A stretch of DNA of 64,000 nucleotides from Raja brachyura (Eukaryota): positions 64,232,001-64,296,000 of the forward strand of contig OY740787.1 in assembly GCA_963514005.1 (NCBI GenBank), given 5' to 3'. The position numbers were made by a program, and so were the translations under genes. The notes beneath the pieces are model-generated. The model was not told where the DNA came from. It searched no databases and was given only the letters and a program-made list of their open reading frames with translations. Positions 44,901-54,939 of the stretch are shown piece by piece. Each line of letters starts with the position of its first letter. Position 1 is the first letter of the stretch.

Positions 44901-47352
44901 TGGGTTATGAATGTATAACATAATTTATGGTCCTAAATTAAGCCAGTTGTCTTGTCCTGAACCTGCTTGGATTTTGTTCAAGCTGCAGTTAACCACACTC
45001 TTGGCTTGATGGAAAATAAATCTTGGAGATTTAAGAAGAATTATTCAATCATTACAGAATACCGTGTCTTTGGTTTCTTCTTGACTAGACCAAACAATTG
45101 CTCATCAAAGTGGTGTATTAAAGAACTAATGAAAATAATGCCATGTTTAACCAGTACCTTTAAGTTAGTAAAAGCACCTCCAAAAGTGTTAACAAATAAT
45201 AAATAAAAACACTGAGCCAATGTCAAATGCCCAGGTTAAGTTAGGTTTTAAATAGCAAATTAAAAGAAGAAAGGTTTTGGTTAAAGATTCCACAGTTTCA
45301 GGCCATGGCATCTAAAGACACCGCATCCAATAGTGTTTAAATTCAAATGATTCTAAATTCAAGGTCGCAAAATAGTCAAGATTGGAAGTGAGCATAAAAC
45401 GTTTTTGATCAAAGAAATTACATTTAAAAAAAGGCAAAGGAAGTGAGCATGGATCAAAATAAGATTGAGAATTTTTACATCAAAGCTTTTTGGAACTAAT
45501 ATTATTCAGCAAGCACAGGGATAATGGATGAATCAGACATGATACGTTAGGACAATGGATGACGACTAGATTCAGCAATGAATCTCACAAGGATGTAGAC
45601 GGGTTTTCTCTTCAGCTGGAGATGGCAAATGGAACCAAGAAAAATGCAATTATCAGCGAGTATATTACTCATGAGCTTCTGAATGAGAGAAAGCTATTGA
45701 ACCAGCTGAAAGTCATTTGGCCTTGGATATACGAAAACTTTCAATTTCACTGGAGCTTCTTGTTGCCATACTTAGTCAAATTCAGCCTTGCTGTCAAAAA
45801 CAATCACCCTCACCTCATTTCATCAACATGCCAATTTGGATCATAGCCGTAATAATGCCTGGACAGAACTGAACTGAGGATTAGAGAAAAGCTTATTGCT
45901 GAATAAATGGCACTTTGATAGCATGATTGGGAACTCCATGCTCTTGTGTTTTAATTGTGGAGACTGCAAATTCTCCTTCAAGATTCAAATAACACAACAC
46001 TGGGGAAACATGCCATAATCTGCAGGTGGAGTTTTATTGTCAAAGTTTAATAAAAGTGGGATGTGCCAGCAAAGAGCATTGTTAGCATTTGGAATGCACG
46101 ACCTGAATGACAGTTGGAAACAGAATCAGTCGAAACTTTTCAATAAAGAAATTGGACAAATCCTCAGAAAGGAGAACATTGTTCTGATATAGAGAAGTGC
46201 AATTAATTTGGGTGGTTGTTTTAAAAAGTTGACAGAATCAAAATAGGAAAATCTGTTTTATTGTGAACTGTAATATTCTAGGATTCTAGCTTTTACATCT
46301 TTTATTCAGTTATTTTATCTGATCCAATTCAGATGAATGCGCTAAACATTGAGAGCAATGTGAACAACGAACTTTGCAAATTTGCTCTGACCTCCACTGG
46401 ATCCACTGAGCGCTTGATCTTAGAGGCAACGAACAGAGAAATCTATGAAGCTTGGGTTTGTGATATCAACAAAGCACTTGACCTTCAAAATAATTTGTTG
46501 AATGGTATGTAGATGTTTTTTAACCTCAAACGACACCGCAACTCTCTTTAATCTGGTCAGGTACAAGTTGAAGAAAGGCGGGCTAAACATTGGATCTGTG
46601 ATACTTCCCCAATCCCTCTAACTGCACAAATTATCACTAAATTAATTACAACTTATGAATTATGTAAAACGTATTTCAAGACTGTAAACTAAAATTCTAT
46701 GTGATTAAATCAATAATTGGCTCTCTATCTAGGCTGTCAGCTACTCTGCTGCTCCCCCATCCCAAGTGGATGCCAAGACTTCCAATTAGATTGGCTTCAG
46801 GGCAATCACGGTAAAATATCAATATGTAAATTGTGGAGTGCGAACTCTACAGCATACAAGGAAAATCCAGATTTCCATCCAATTGTCTGCCCCCTCGAAA
46901 TGCACAAAATGTCACTGTCTAAATTAACAATTAAAATGTATGAAATATGTAATGCTTATTTCAAGACTGTAAAATAAGATTCTATGTGATTAAATCAATA
47001 ATTATTAGTCACAATCACATGCTGTAAAACTAATGGCTAAGGAGTATTCTGATAATTAGTATATGGCTGTTATGTTAGATTAAAAACATTAATATACCAA
47101 GCCAAGAAAGCAAAAATAAGTCACCAAGAAGGTTATTAGATTACTCTAAAATTTCAATATAAAGATATGTTATGATATGAACAGAACTGTATGAGTCAAC
47201 AATCAATGTTTGTTCTAATGATGACATAATGTTTTATATCTGACATTATAACATTATAACTTAATATGTTGATCTTTATTTCAGCATTGCAATCACCAGT
47301 CGAGTACCAGAGAAAATTGACTCCAAATCTTTTCAGCATAAAACCAAAATGA
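19037..47352 (+). CDS. Stand-alone Kalirin-GEF2-like DH-PH RhoGEF, ~347 aa, 11 coding exons (whole-gene span); probable partial tandem duplicate of KALRN
   Basis: Exons 19037-19104, 19983-20049, 21236-21339, 24398-24467, 36934-37020, 37308-37400, 38062-38112, 41705-41782, 43758-43943, 46333-46504, 47285-47352. All introns are GT-AG and phases are compatible, giving 1044 nt with no internal stop. The start codon is tentative. Confidence 0.85.
19310..19645 (-). mobile_element. HE1-type V-SINE
   Basis: Reverse complement of the HE1 consensus (cctacaaacctgtacgtctttggagtg..acagacagcacccgtagtcgggatcgaac..gcagcaactcta). Confidence 0.85.
19983..20049 (+). CDS. DH-PH RhoGEF exon 2 (DH conserved region 1)
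   Basis: ttttctcacag| (N)[22 protein letters not shown] |gtgaga. Confidence 0.92.
20080..20870 (-). mobile_element. Decayed Penelope-like element, 3' fragment
   Basis: Starts with the common gaaactgcagatgctgg..cagcatct terminus and continues into a purine-rich spacer and the decayed reverse complement of the GIY-YIG C-terminal coding region, similar to 56945-58110. Confidence 0.6.
21236..21339 (+). CDS. DH-PH RhoGEF exon 3
   Basis: tttcag| [34 protein letters not shown](T) |gtatgt. Confidence 0.95.
22426..22958. mobile_element. Palindromic Penelope-derived short element with a nested CR1 3' fragment (~22467-22818, +)
   Basis: Flanked by a 12-bp direct repeat ctagtctcttat (22414-22425 and 22959-22970). 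ORF 22491-22730 is a CR1 ORF2 C-terminus ([35 protein letters not shown]). Confidence 0.8.
23650..23915 (+). mobile_element. HE1-type V-SINE, diverged
   Basis: cagcaccagagacccgggtttgatcctgactac..gggttttct..ccacagtccaaagg..gggctgaaggacctgtttcc. Confidence 0.75.
24398..24467 (+). CDS. DH-PH RhoGEF exon 4
   Basis: tcctttgtag| [23 protein letters not shown] |gtgagt. Confidence 0.93.
24613..24838. mobile_element. MITE with ~33-bp terminal inverted repeats (possibly PIF/Harbinger type)
   Basis: ggcctgtcccacatgggcgtcatttgcgcgtca at the left and tgacgcgcaaatgacgcccaagtgggacaggcc at the right (1 mismatch). Confidence 0.8.
25843..30745 (+). mobile_element. DIRS1-type tyrosine-recombinase retrotransposon, structurally complete but frameshifted
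   Basis: gag-like ORF from 26060; RT ([30 protein letters not shown], 27679-28047); RNase H ([31 protein letters not shown]); methyltransferase-like region ([24 protein letters not shown]); tyrosine recombinase (29517-29921 and [13 protein letters not shown] near 30030-30116). Left end tacgtgaagaagccccgccaggcgcatgctcggcat is inverted at ~30635-30670. An internal complementary region at 30407-30517 pairs with both outer ends; both ends are TTTT. Confidence 0.95.
30746..31290 (+). repeat. 3' part of a GC-rich interspersed repeat interrupted by the DIRS element (5' part 25668-25846)
   Basis: Joining the DIRS flanks gives gatggagatgcaa-tttt-attccatatc, collinear with the uninterrupted copy at 58963-59605. 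Confidence 0.85.
31790..35650 (+). mobile_element. Decayed Ty3/Gypsy LTR retrotransposon (Mag/K02A2.6-like), internally deleted
   Basis: gag ([27 protein letters not shown] knuckle), protease DTGARVNV near 32287, RT N-terminus ([14 protein letters not shown]), RNase H end ([21 protein letters not shown]), integrase (HRGHPG; [23 protein letters not shown]). Many stops and frameshifts; no LTR pair could be found. Confidence 0.88.
33270..34002 (-). mobile_element. CR1/HER1-type LINE 3' fragment nested in the Gypsy pol
   Basis: ORF 33524-34042 reads [62 protein letters not shown] and 33352-33591 reads [16 protein letters not shown]. The Gypsy frame resumes on either side. Confidence 0.92.
36345..36790 (-). 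mobile_element. Two HE1-type SINE fragments
   Basis: cacagacagcacccgaggtcaggatc.. and tcggcccaccgagtccgcgccgaccagc..gtgggaggaaac..gggagaacgtacaa. Confidence 0.75.
36934..37020 (+). CDS. DH-PH RhoGEF exon 5
   Basis: tttgcag| [29 protein letters not shown] |gtaagc. Confidence 0.95.
37308..37400 (+). CDS. DH-PH RhoGEF exon 6 (DH conserved region 3)
   Basis: ttattag| [31 protein letters not shown] |gtaagg. Confidence 0.95.
38062..38112 (+). CDS. DH-PH RhoGEF exon 7
   Basis: ttgttgcag| [17 protein letters not shown] |gtaaga; compare recalled Kalirin DFLRYSEKAGLECSDIE. Confidence 0.9.
38468..38745 (-). mobile_element. HE1-type V-SINE, diverged
   Basis: tttagtttagaaataca..gtgggaggaaaccgg..ggtcacagg.agaacgtacaaa..gcagcaact. 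Confidence 0.75.
39555..39845 (+). mobile_element. HE1-type V-SINE, diverged
   Basis: gggtggcacggtgg..ggttcgatt..ggagtttgcatgttctccc..gggccgaaggacctgttcccatgctgtatctc. Confidence 0.75.
40100..40932 (+). repeat. GC-rich interspersed repeat related to the 58963-59605 family
   Basis: Same layout: T-rich leader, gggggaaact, GC-rich body, ccttcc.tcacag..tgtggggatgtttt, cactgtgcc, and a (tgtatct)n tail. Confidence 0.6.
41705..41782 (+). CDS. DH-PH RhoGEF exon 8 (DH C-terminal helix)
   Basis: ttgttacag| [26 protein letters not shown] |gtaaag. Confidence 0.95.
41880..42130 (-). mobile_element. HE1-type V-SINE, internally deleted
   Basis: tttagtttagttta..gatacag..cctacaaacctgtacatctttggagtgtggga..taaggcagcaac..ccactgcgccac. 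Confidence 0.8.
42450..42790 (-). mobile_element. CR1-type LINE 3' fragment, decayed
   Basis: ggagcagaattaggccattcg..ccattcaatcatgg..gcagtgaattcca.. matches the reverse complement of the CR1 3' end. Confidence 0.7.
43758..43943 (+). CDS. DH-PH RhoGEF exon 9 (PH domain, N-half)
   Basis: tttccag| [62 protein letters not shown] |gtaaat. Confidence 0.95.
44415..44550 (+). mobile_element. Penelope-derived short element with a minimal hammerhead ribozyme motif (44419-44446)
   Basis: CTGAAGA-A-GGGTC-TC-GACCT-GAAA-CG-TC, with upstream ggt able to pair with downstream acc; standard terminus ..ccagcatctgcagttccttcctacac. Confidence 0.75.
46333..46504 (+). CDS. DH-PH RhoGEF exon 10 (PH domain, C-half)
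   Basis: aattcag| [57 protein letters not shown] g|gtatgt. Confidence 0.92.
47285..47352 (+). CDS. DH-PH RhoGEF exon 11 (terminal; Galphaq-binding helix motif, stop)
   Basis: ttatttcag| (A)[24 protein letters not shown]; compare the family motif ALQSPIEYQRK. Confidence 0.9.
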
Positions 47353-48220
47353 AAATATTATTCCAACCCAACCTTGCACCATGGACTCCTAAATGCTTTG
47401 ATAAGTAATAATACAATATATATGAGCAAAGCAAGCCATCTGAAATATGTTTCAACCTAATATCAATAGTCATAACATAACTGGTGTTCCCCGCCACTAC
47501 TATCATGCAGGATGGTAGAATTAACCATTAGGCAGGTTGTATTTTTACAGTTTAACATTAATATGAAGTATCTCAAGTTATGATGTATTTTGACGATATT
47601 ATTATATATTTGCATCATTAGTAATTCTCAGATCTCACCAACGTTAAAAGGCAATCAGGTAAATACATCTCTTACATTGATTACATTTACCAATGATTCA
47701 AATTTCAATTTGTTTATGTTAAAATGTTCTTATTTCTAATCATTCAACATCACATTCTTATCTTTTCCAACAGTTTTGTTGCAAATCAAAATTGGTATGA
47801 TAATTGTTTAATGAGTTTACCCTCAATTACATCACTAATTTTTAACCTTTAAATTATCTTGTATGAGGCAGCAAGTGCATAGTTATAAGGTCCGTGAAAC
47901 AAACATGCTGGTTTGTAGGTTAATTGGCCACTGTAAATTGCAAAAGGGATAACATGGAACTAGTGTGAACAGGTTCCGTCCATGGCTGGTGTGGAATTGG
48001 TGGGCTGAATGGTCTGTTTCCATGCTGTATTTTGCAAAACAAAAATACACTTAATCATGGGAGTTATTGTCCTTGATTTGATGGTCTTTTCCATACATAT
48101 TTAAAGAGCAGAATGGCCCAGGCCCCTCCATCACAGATCTTACAATCCAAGCACTATTCAAGAGATACTTACATTGCTTGATTTGGAATTTATTTAAAAC
48201 CGGCAGCATTAAAATATACT

Positions 48221-48318
48221 AACTTCTTTACCAAAATTCACTTAGTTCACAAATGTTATTGCAAAATTACCATGTCACAATAACATTTGTGAACTTAGTG
48301 AATTTTAGTAAAGAGGTT
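48221..48318. repeat. Near-perfect hairpin, 41-bp stem and 16-nt loop
   Basis: aacttctttaccaaaattcacttagttcacaaatgttattg (48221-48261) pairs with caataacatttgtgaacttagtgaattttagtaaagaggtt (48278-48318); 38 of 41 pairs are Watson-Crick. Confidence 0.9.
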
Positions 48319-49927
48319 TGTATAGAAGCAACTTGAGCCAGCATCATATGTATGAATTACTTTTGAAATCTGTAAAAATGATATAAATATGGCAAAACGA
48401 AGTTATTGTGTGCTATATGCTAGCCAAATTTAAAAAGTAAATGTTTACCCATAATGCACTGAAATGATGAAATAAAATTAAATTGTGAATAATAAATTAA
48501 ATATTTTAACAAATGTCTTAATGGTGATAATCTCAGATAAACAAAGTACTTGGCCAACTTGCCAAAATAATTACATTTGTTTAATGTCTCAAAACTGACC
48601 TCTAGTGGACAAAATGGGCTTTTTGTTTTTTTTAAGTAAATGAAATTAATGTTATGGATTCAGCTGAATAAATGTAGTTAGTTGCATTATTGAAATCTTT
48701 GATTACATTAGAAATTGCTTGCTGTTTAATTTTTGACATAAGTATGCAGCACAGTGGGTTTCACAGATATAGTCAATATATTTCCTGATAAAAACATTGA
48801 TATTCCAAGCAAAGAAAGCAAGAGTAAGTCACCAAGAAATGACTGAAAAATGTTACAATGGAGCTCAACTCTGTGGTACAACCTCTTGATGGCAAATCCA
48901 TGTCTGAATGTAACCTACAGCTATTGATAGAGTACTATTGCAGTTAACAATACTATTTATACAAGAAGTGTCTCGACCTGAAACGTCACCCATTCCTTCT
49001 GCGATGCTGCCTGTCCCGCTGAGTGACTCCAGCATTTTGTGCCTACCTTCGATTTAAACCTGCATGTGTAGTTCTTTCCTACACTATTTAAATAACATAT
49101 AGTTATGGTTGATTTTTCCTTTTCTGAGAGGAAGCATTTCATAAAGGGAACAAAATGAAACCCATGCAAGTAAATCCTTCTGCCTTTTGTGAATCCCATT
49201 TTCATTCTCTTAAAACATTTATATAATGTGGAATAGAACAATGGAAGATATTACAACCAAGATTATTACAGTGTACTCAGCGTTCAGAGGTTTTCAATAA
49301 TTGCTGCGAAATGAGTGCAGGGATGTGGGCAGAGTTCAGGAAGAGATGAAGGGATCACCTGCTAAGACAGAGAAAAGACCCCGAATAGATAAGGGAAACA
49401 AAGAGGTGGGGAAAATGTACAAAAAAACTGTACTGTCCTTGAGTTAATTGTAATGACTGTATCCAGTGGCAATCATTGAAAATATGGTGAGAAATAATTT
49501 GCATGAAACAAAGAAAAAATAGCAATTAAGGCACTGCCAGTCTACAAGTCTTGATTCTGGTTGCCATGTATCAGATTAAAAAATTTAACAAGAAACAATA
49601 TTGGAAAATGGCAACATTTTATAACTGAATAAAATCAATACCTTCACTTCAGCTTCAGGGCCTAATAGGAGTATTGTGATTAAAACATTTGAGTTTGGCT
49701 TTAAAGTAATTTGGGGAAATATCCTTCAATTTCTAAAGTTTATGCATGACATTTTTCAAAGCATATCCTTTCCACAATACCTTCCTCTAGGATGTTCTTG
49801 CTTTGACCTTTGAAGTCTAATATCCTACTGTAACTGTCAAGCATGAATCCTGTACACCAGCTGCCCTGCTATTGCTGCCCTACACTGTACAAGAGTTCCC
49901 TTGCTCTTGCAAATCATCTCCCATATG

Positions 49928-50144
49928 CTGGATAGACACAAAATGCTGGAGTAACTCAGTGGCACAAACAGAATCTCTGGATAAAAGGAATGGGTGATGT
50001 TTCGGGTCGAGATTCTTCAGAAGGGTCTCAACCCAAAACATCACCCATTCCTTCTATCCAGAGATGCTGCCTGTCCCGCTGAGTTACTCCAGCATTTTGT
50101 GTCTATCTTCAGTGTAAACCAGCATTTGCAGTTCCTTTCTACAT
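49928..50144. mobile_element. Palindromic Penelope-derived short element
   Basis: Inverted arms gatagacacaaaatgctggagtaactcag.. / ..ctgagttactccagcattttgtgtctatc; flanking repeat atctcccatatg / atctcccacatg. Confidence 0.8.
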
Positions 50145-50303
50145 ATCTCCCACATGATTTCTGGTAATAAATTAATTATATAAATCCAACATTTTTAAAA
50201 AGTATATATTAAATATTAAATAACAGAATCCAACATGATAAATAACCATTGTAACAAGATGACAAATACATAAATGAATGTTGCAAGATAGCATTAATAA
50301 TCT

Positions 50304-50473
50304 GTTAAAGAAGGAACTGCAGATGCTGGAGAATCGAGGGTACACAAAAGGCTGGAGAAACTCAGCGGGTGCAGCAGCATCTAAGGAGCGAAGGAGATAG
50401 GGGATGTTTCGGGTCGAGACCACTCCTTAAATGCTGCTGCACCCGCTGAGTTTCTCCAGCCTTTTGTGTACCC
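50304..50473. mobile_element. Palindromic Penelope-derived short element
   Basis: Perfect 14-bp flanking direct repeat agcattaataatct (50290-50303 and 50474-50487); arms gggtacacaaaaggctggagaaactcagcgggtgcagcagcat and its reverse complement. Confidence 0.85.
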
Positions 50474-53400
50474 AGCATTAATAATCTACCTGTTTACTTT
50501 ACAAGACTTCATTCTATTTTTTTGTTGCACGGTAAAAGTAACATCACAAGCCCCCATTGTGTAGAGATGAGCAAGAACGTCTGAGACAAATACTAAATTG
50601 AAAAATGAAAAGCGTAGTCTTTTTTCCATTCACTGAAAATGTTTTCTAACTATGTTACATGATCACTCTGTTCTGTTTGTGCATGTCGGGTTGATTGCAT
50701 TAGTCGAAACAGGGTGGACCACGTGAAGATTACAATCTTGCCCTGCAAGATTGCGGACATCCAGACCAGACCATCCCACACATTGTGAATGACTGGCCAC
50801 TGAGGCTTTTCCCTGGGGCATCAAAGCCATCCACACAGTAACTGATGCTGTCCTGGCCTGGATGGTCTACCCTTGATCTACAATTTTAGGCTGTGCACGA
50901 CAAACACAAGAACAAGACTCTGTTCTGTTAATATTTACTTTGACCTTCATCCTTGAGTGGAATAACACTATCTACACTGGATCTCCTGGCTTGGACAGCA
51001 TTTGGCTCTGTGATCGAACGGCCTGTAACTTACATCTTTCCAATCAAATCAATATACAAATCCTGATAACAGTCCCAGACAAGAATTCCTATGGATCAAA
51101 GGCATGGGATTACTTTATCTTCTCCATTAATAACTTTTAATATTTGAGAATACTTGAAATCTAGCACTTTTTTTTGCATTTTTGCATGTCGTGTTTTTCT
51201 CTTGGCTATTATCAGTATTTTGGCTTGTAAATGTTAAATACTATATTGATATATTGATATAATCTTTTGGTTTAAAGGAATTAGTTGACTTTCCATGGCT
51301 TTATATGCAAATTCAAACACAGTATATGTATGATTTGGCTGAAAAATAGTGCAAAGCAACATGATGAGGGAGGTTTAGAATGAGTTTATACCAATTATAT
51401 GTTAGCTGCACAATTCACAAGTTGAATAAAATATGCAATATCCAGACAAATATAAAGTTAGCAGGCGAAAAGTGTAGGAAGGAACTGCAGATGCTGGTTT
51501 AAACTGAAGATGCAACACAAAATGCTGGAGTAACTCAGCGGGACCGATTTAAATCAAATAGCTGGCAGAGTGTATCTATGGGTTTTCCGTGGTTTCTTCT
51601 TCTAAATGCCATGATTTTTCCACCGGTTCACAAGGATGTGTTCGTCGGCCGAAATATTTATATTCCTTAAACCTGTGGTTCTGCAGTATAGAGTTCTTTT
51701 AATTCAGAAGAATGAAGAATAAAAAAGGGAATAGATGGGATAGGGATTGTGAAGAAGCTGGAAGGGGAGAAAATACAATATCATTGCTGGAGTGAAAAAT
51801 ACATTGCAAGTGTATTTTGTAATGCACTGCTGGGAAATGGCTATTTTTCACTTTCAAAAATGACATTTCTCCTTCCACGATGTTCGACGTTTTCCTTTCT
51901 ATTAAGACTTTAACAATAAATAAAGCTGGGAAAAGATCCACTCTCACAGCTTTGCCTTTGTGTGGTTGGAGAGAACTGAAGTTAGATCTAAAGTGTCATT
52001 GGTGGTTCGCAGAATGGCCTACCCAGGATTAATTGGCAAGACTGCTGTTCTTTTGGGAAGTTACCTTACTCTTGATTGTAATTATCTATTGCAACAGAAC
52101 AGCTACTGCTTGGAATGTTCAATGGTTCTAGACTCGGGAAAAATTAGTATTTTCAATAGGCTGATGAACGAGGAGGGCAACTGTGTAATCTGCCTCGGGT
52201 AACTATCTTGCACCAGCTAATTTCTGTGTTTTGCAACTACGGTTAGTGGTTTGAATTTGATGTACTGCTGATTAATTCTTTCAGTTAATACATAATGAAT
52301 GCATGTAATTTTCTTGATATATTTAAAGTAGGGACACTGCAATTTTGCAGTTGTTAGTACCATTATTATTTTATTGACATTTTAAAATGTTACAATTTTA
52401 TGCAGCTTTCTCAATTTAATTTGCTGGTATGGATACAATAATAATGCACGATGTACATCGGTATAACTTTGCTTGGTATTAGGCATATGTCTGTGTATCA
52501 AATAGGAAAGAATGGGTACCGTTAGCTACAATTAACTATTAATTAAATATCTTAAAAATGAGCATAAATTGTCATCAGTAGGATACTTTAGTCATCTAGA
52601 TCTTGTGTAATGTTTTAAATCTACATATTGTTTTCTTTTTTACATAATTGTCATTGAAATGTATTGGATGAAAGGAATTACTTTCAGCTTTTTAAATCAA
52701 TAAATAAAGCTTCCATTTTTTTATTCTCATTAAGTACATGTTCATTACTTCTGAATATTTCAAGTACTATGTATAAAAATACTAAACTGATTTAAAAAAT
52801 TACTGAATCCAGTTGGATTATACCTGTTAGAAATGACTGAACTGGCTGGACATGTATCAAGAAAAGAGATGTAATCTCATGGAAAACCTTTAAGATTGTC
52901 TAAAGGATTTGTGACTACATGTTTAAAAATAATATTTGTTCTTATATCTCCAAATAACATTAGTTATAATCTGACTCTTCTGGTGTATAATTCATCAATA
53001 AGTTTGTTTTCCTTTCACGATGGAATTCAAGAAAAAAACCTTGAAGATACAACCAATACTAATCTGAATCTCTGCATTGAATAGAGCCGTGAAATTGCAT
53101 TGGATAAGATCTACTATCACCTATTATCTATGCAAAACTGATTAATAGGTATGTTTTAATTACTGTTAAAACGCAAAGTGCATGCTGTAACACCAGGATA
53201 AGCGCTCAACCAAGAAAACCAAGCCCAATGCCAAAGTAGAATCTAAATTGCTTATACACACTATGCTATAGGACAATAACTAACTCTATATTTAGTAATG
53301 AGCTATCTTTTTGATAACAAACACACAAGCTATATGCTTAATTAAGAAACTGAATGTCACATAAGAATCAAAGATGCCTTTACTCAATTCAACTATTGGA

Positions 53401-54939
53401 CAATAAAAACTAGGTGTGTAGATGCCAGTATATCATTGGCGATATCAAGTGGGCATCTCCCTTCACTGGTGTTTCATTGAGTTCGACCCATGACACCTCG
53501 GAAAGGCTCAACAGTTAGTTCTGGTGTCCCAAAACCACCCCCTCAATACTTGCTCTTAACACCTATGCTACCAGTATGCACTACCTAACTATATAAATAT
53601 CTACTAAGTAAAAGAGACTACAACAATAAATTTGACACACAAGCAAATACTCATCCTTACTTTTCTTTAAACAATTGTAGTGACACCAATATTAAAGATA
53701 GACACAAAATGCTGGAGTAACTCAGCAGGTCAGGCGGCATCTGTAGGAATATGTGGTTTTGGCTTTGATCCTTCTTCAGATTGATTATAGTGGGGAGAGT
53801 GGGGGAACACACTGGAAGCAAAGGAAAAACAGGACAAATTGGGGCTAGTAACATGACCTCAGGCAAATTTTGAGCCTCTCTTTGGTACACAACAACTTCT
53901 GCAGTTCCTTTTTAACTACATTAACTTAACTATGGTTTTCAGAAGCAAAACACAAAGTGCTGGAGAAACTCAGCGGGTCAGGCAGTATCTGGAGAAGGAA
54001 TGAACATGTGCAACACTTATTTGCATAATTGAGAGTAGAAATTAGAACTTTGGTGTGCATCTTATCCCATTCATAGTTTTTTCTCAGTTTACTTTAAGTA
54101 CATGTGCTGGTTTGATCCATTTCTGTCCACTAAAAGAGACGTTCTCTGAGGTACCTGATTGACTATGTCCAAAAAAACTCTCAGGGGCTCAAACATTTCA
54201 AGAGTCAAGAGAATGTTTAATTGCCATATGTACCGAAGCAGAACAATAAAATTCTTACTTGCAGCAGCACAACGATTTTGTAAACACAGTACTCAGTAGA
54301 TAACATAATAAACAAACCAAAAAGGTTTTCATTTATTTTTCTGTAATTTAATTTCTCACACACGATAATTAATATAACCCTTGATTCGGTTTCTAGGCTC
54401 AGTTATTTTAAATGAAATAGAAAATTCTTAATGTTAAAACATTAAAACACATGTTGTTACATTAGACGTGAGCTGTGCCAGATAAAATTTATTTATGAAT
54501 GGTACAAACTGGCCAAGGACATTACATCTAGTTAACCCGGGAACAGGCCTACAGCTACCCATAAAACAAGCCTGATAAGATATGTTTGACAAATAATCTT
54601 TTGGGGATTCAGCAATAGGAACATGCAAAAGATAACAGTTCCCAGAGCTACCATCCAAAACCGAAAAGATCAATTTTATGTACCCGACCCCATTCATTAG
54701 ACAATAGAGTGAGATAATGTCATTCAAGGGTCAAGAGAGTTTAATTGTCATATGTACCAAAACGGAATAGTGAAATTCTTACTTGTAGCAGCACAATAGA
54801 CCTGTAAACACGGTACTCATAGATTACAAAATAATAAAAACAAAAAAAAATCAATAAAAAAATATTAGTACAAATCAAGACAAAAGCTCTGAGGACACTG
54901 TGGGAAGCTGGAAAATTGCAGAAGCCCCTAGCTGAGCTG

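Noticed and set aside
19037-47352. Labelling the DH-PH gene as ARHGEF25 or TRIO, or as part of the KALRN CDS
   Set aside because: Diagnostic residues are Kalirin-like, and the exons lie downstream of the KALRN stop codon with their own stop, so no symbol is assigned.
51560-52320. Repeat-free stretch that might be a conserved element or small exon
   Set aside because: No recognisable motif, convincing splice pair or homologous peptide; cannot be supported without cross-species alignment.
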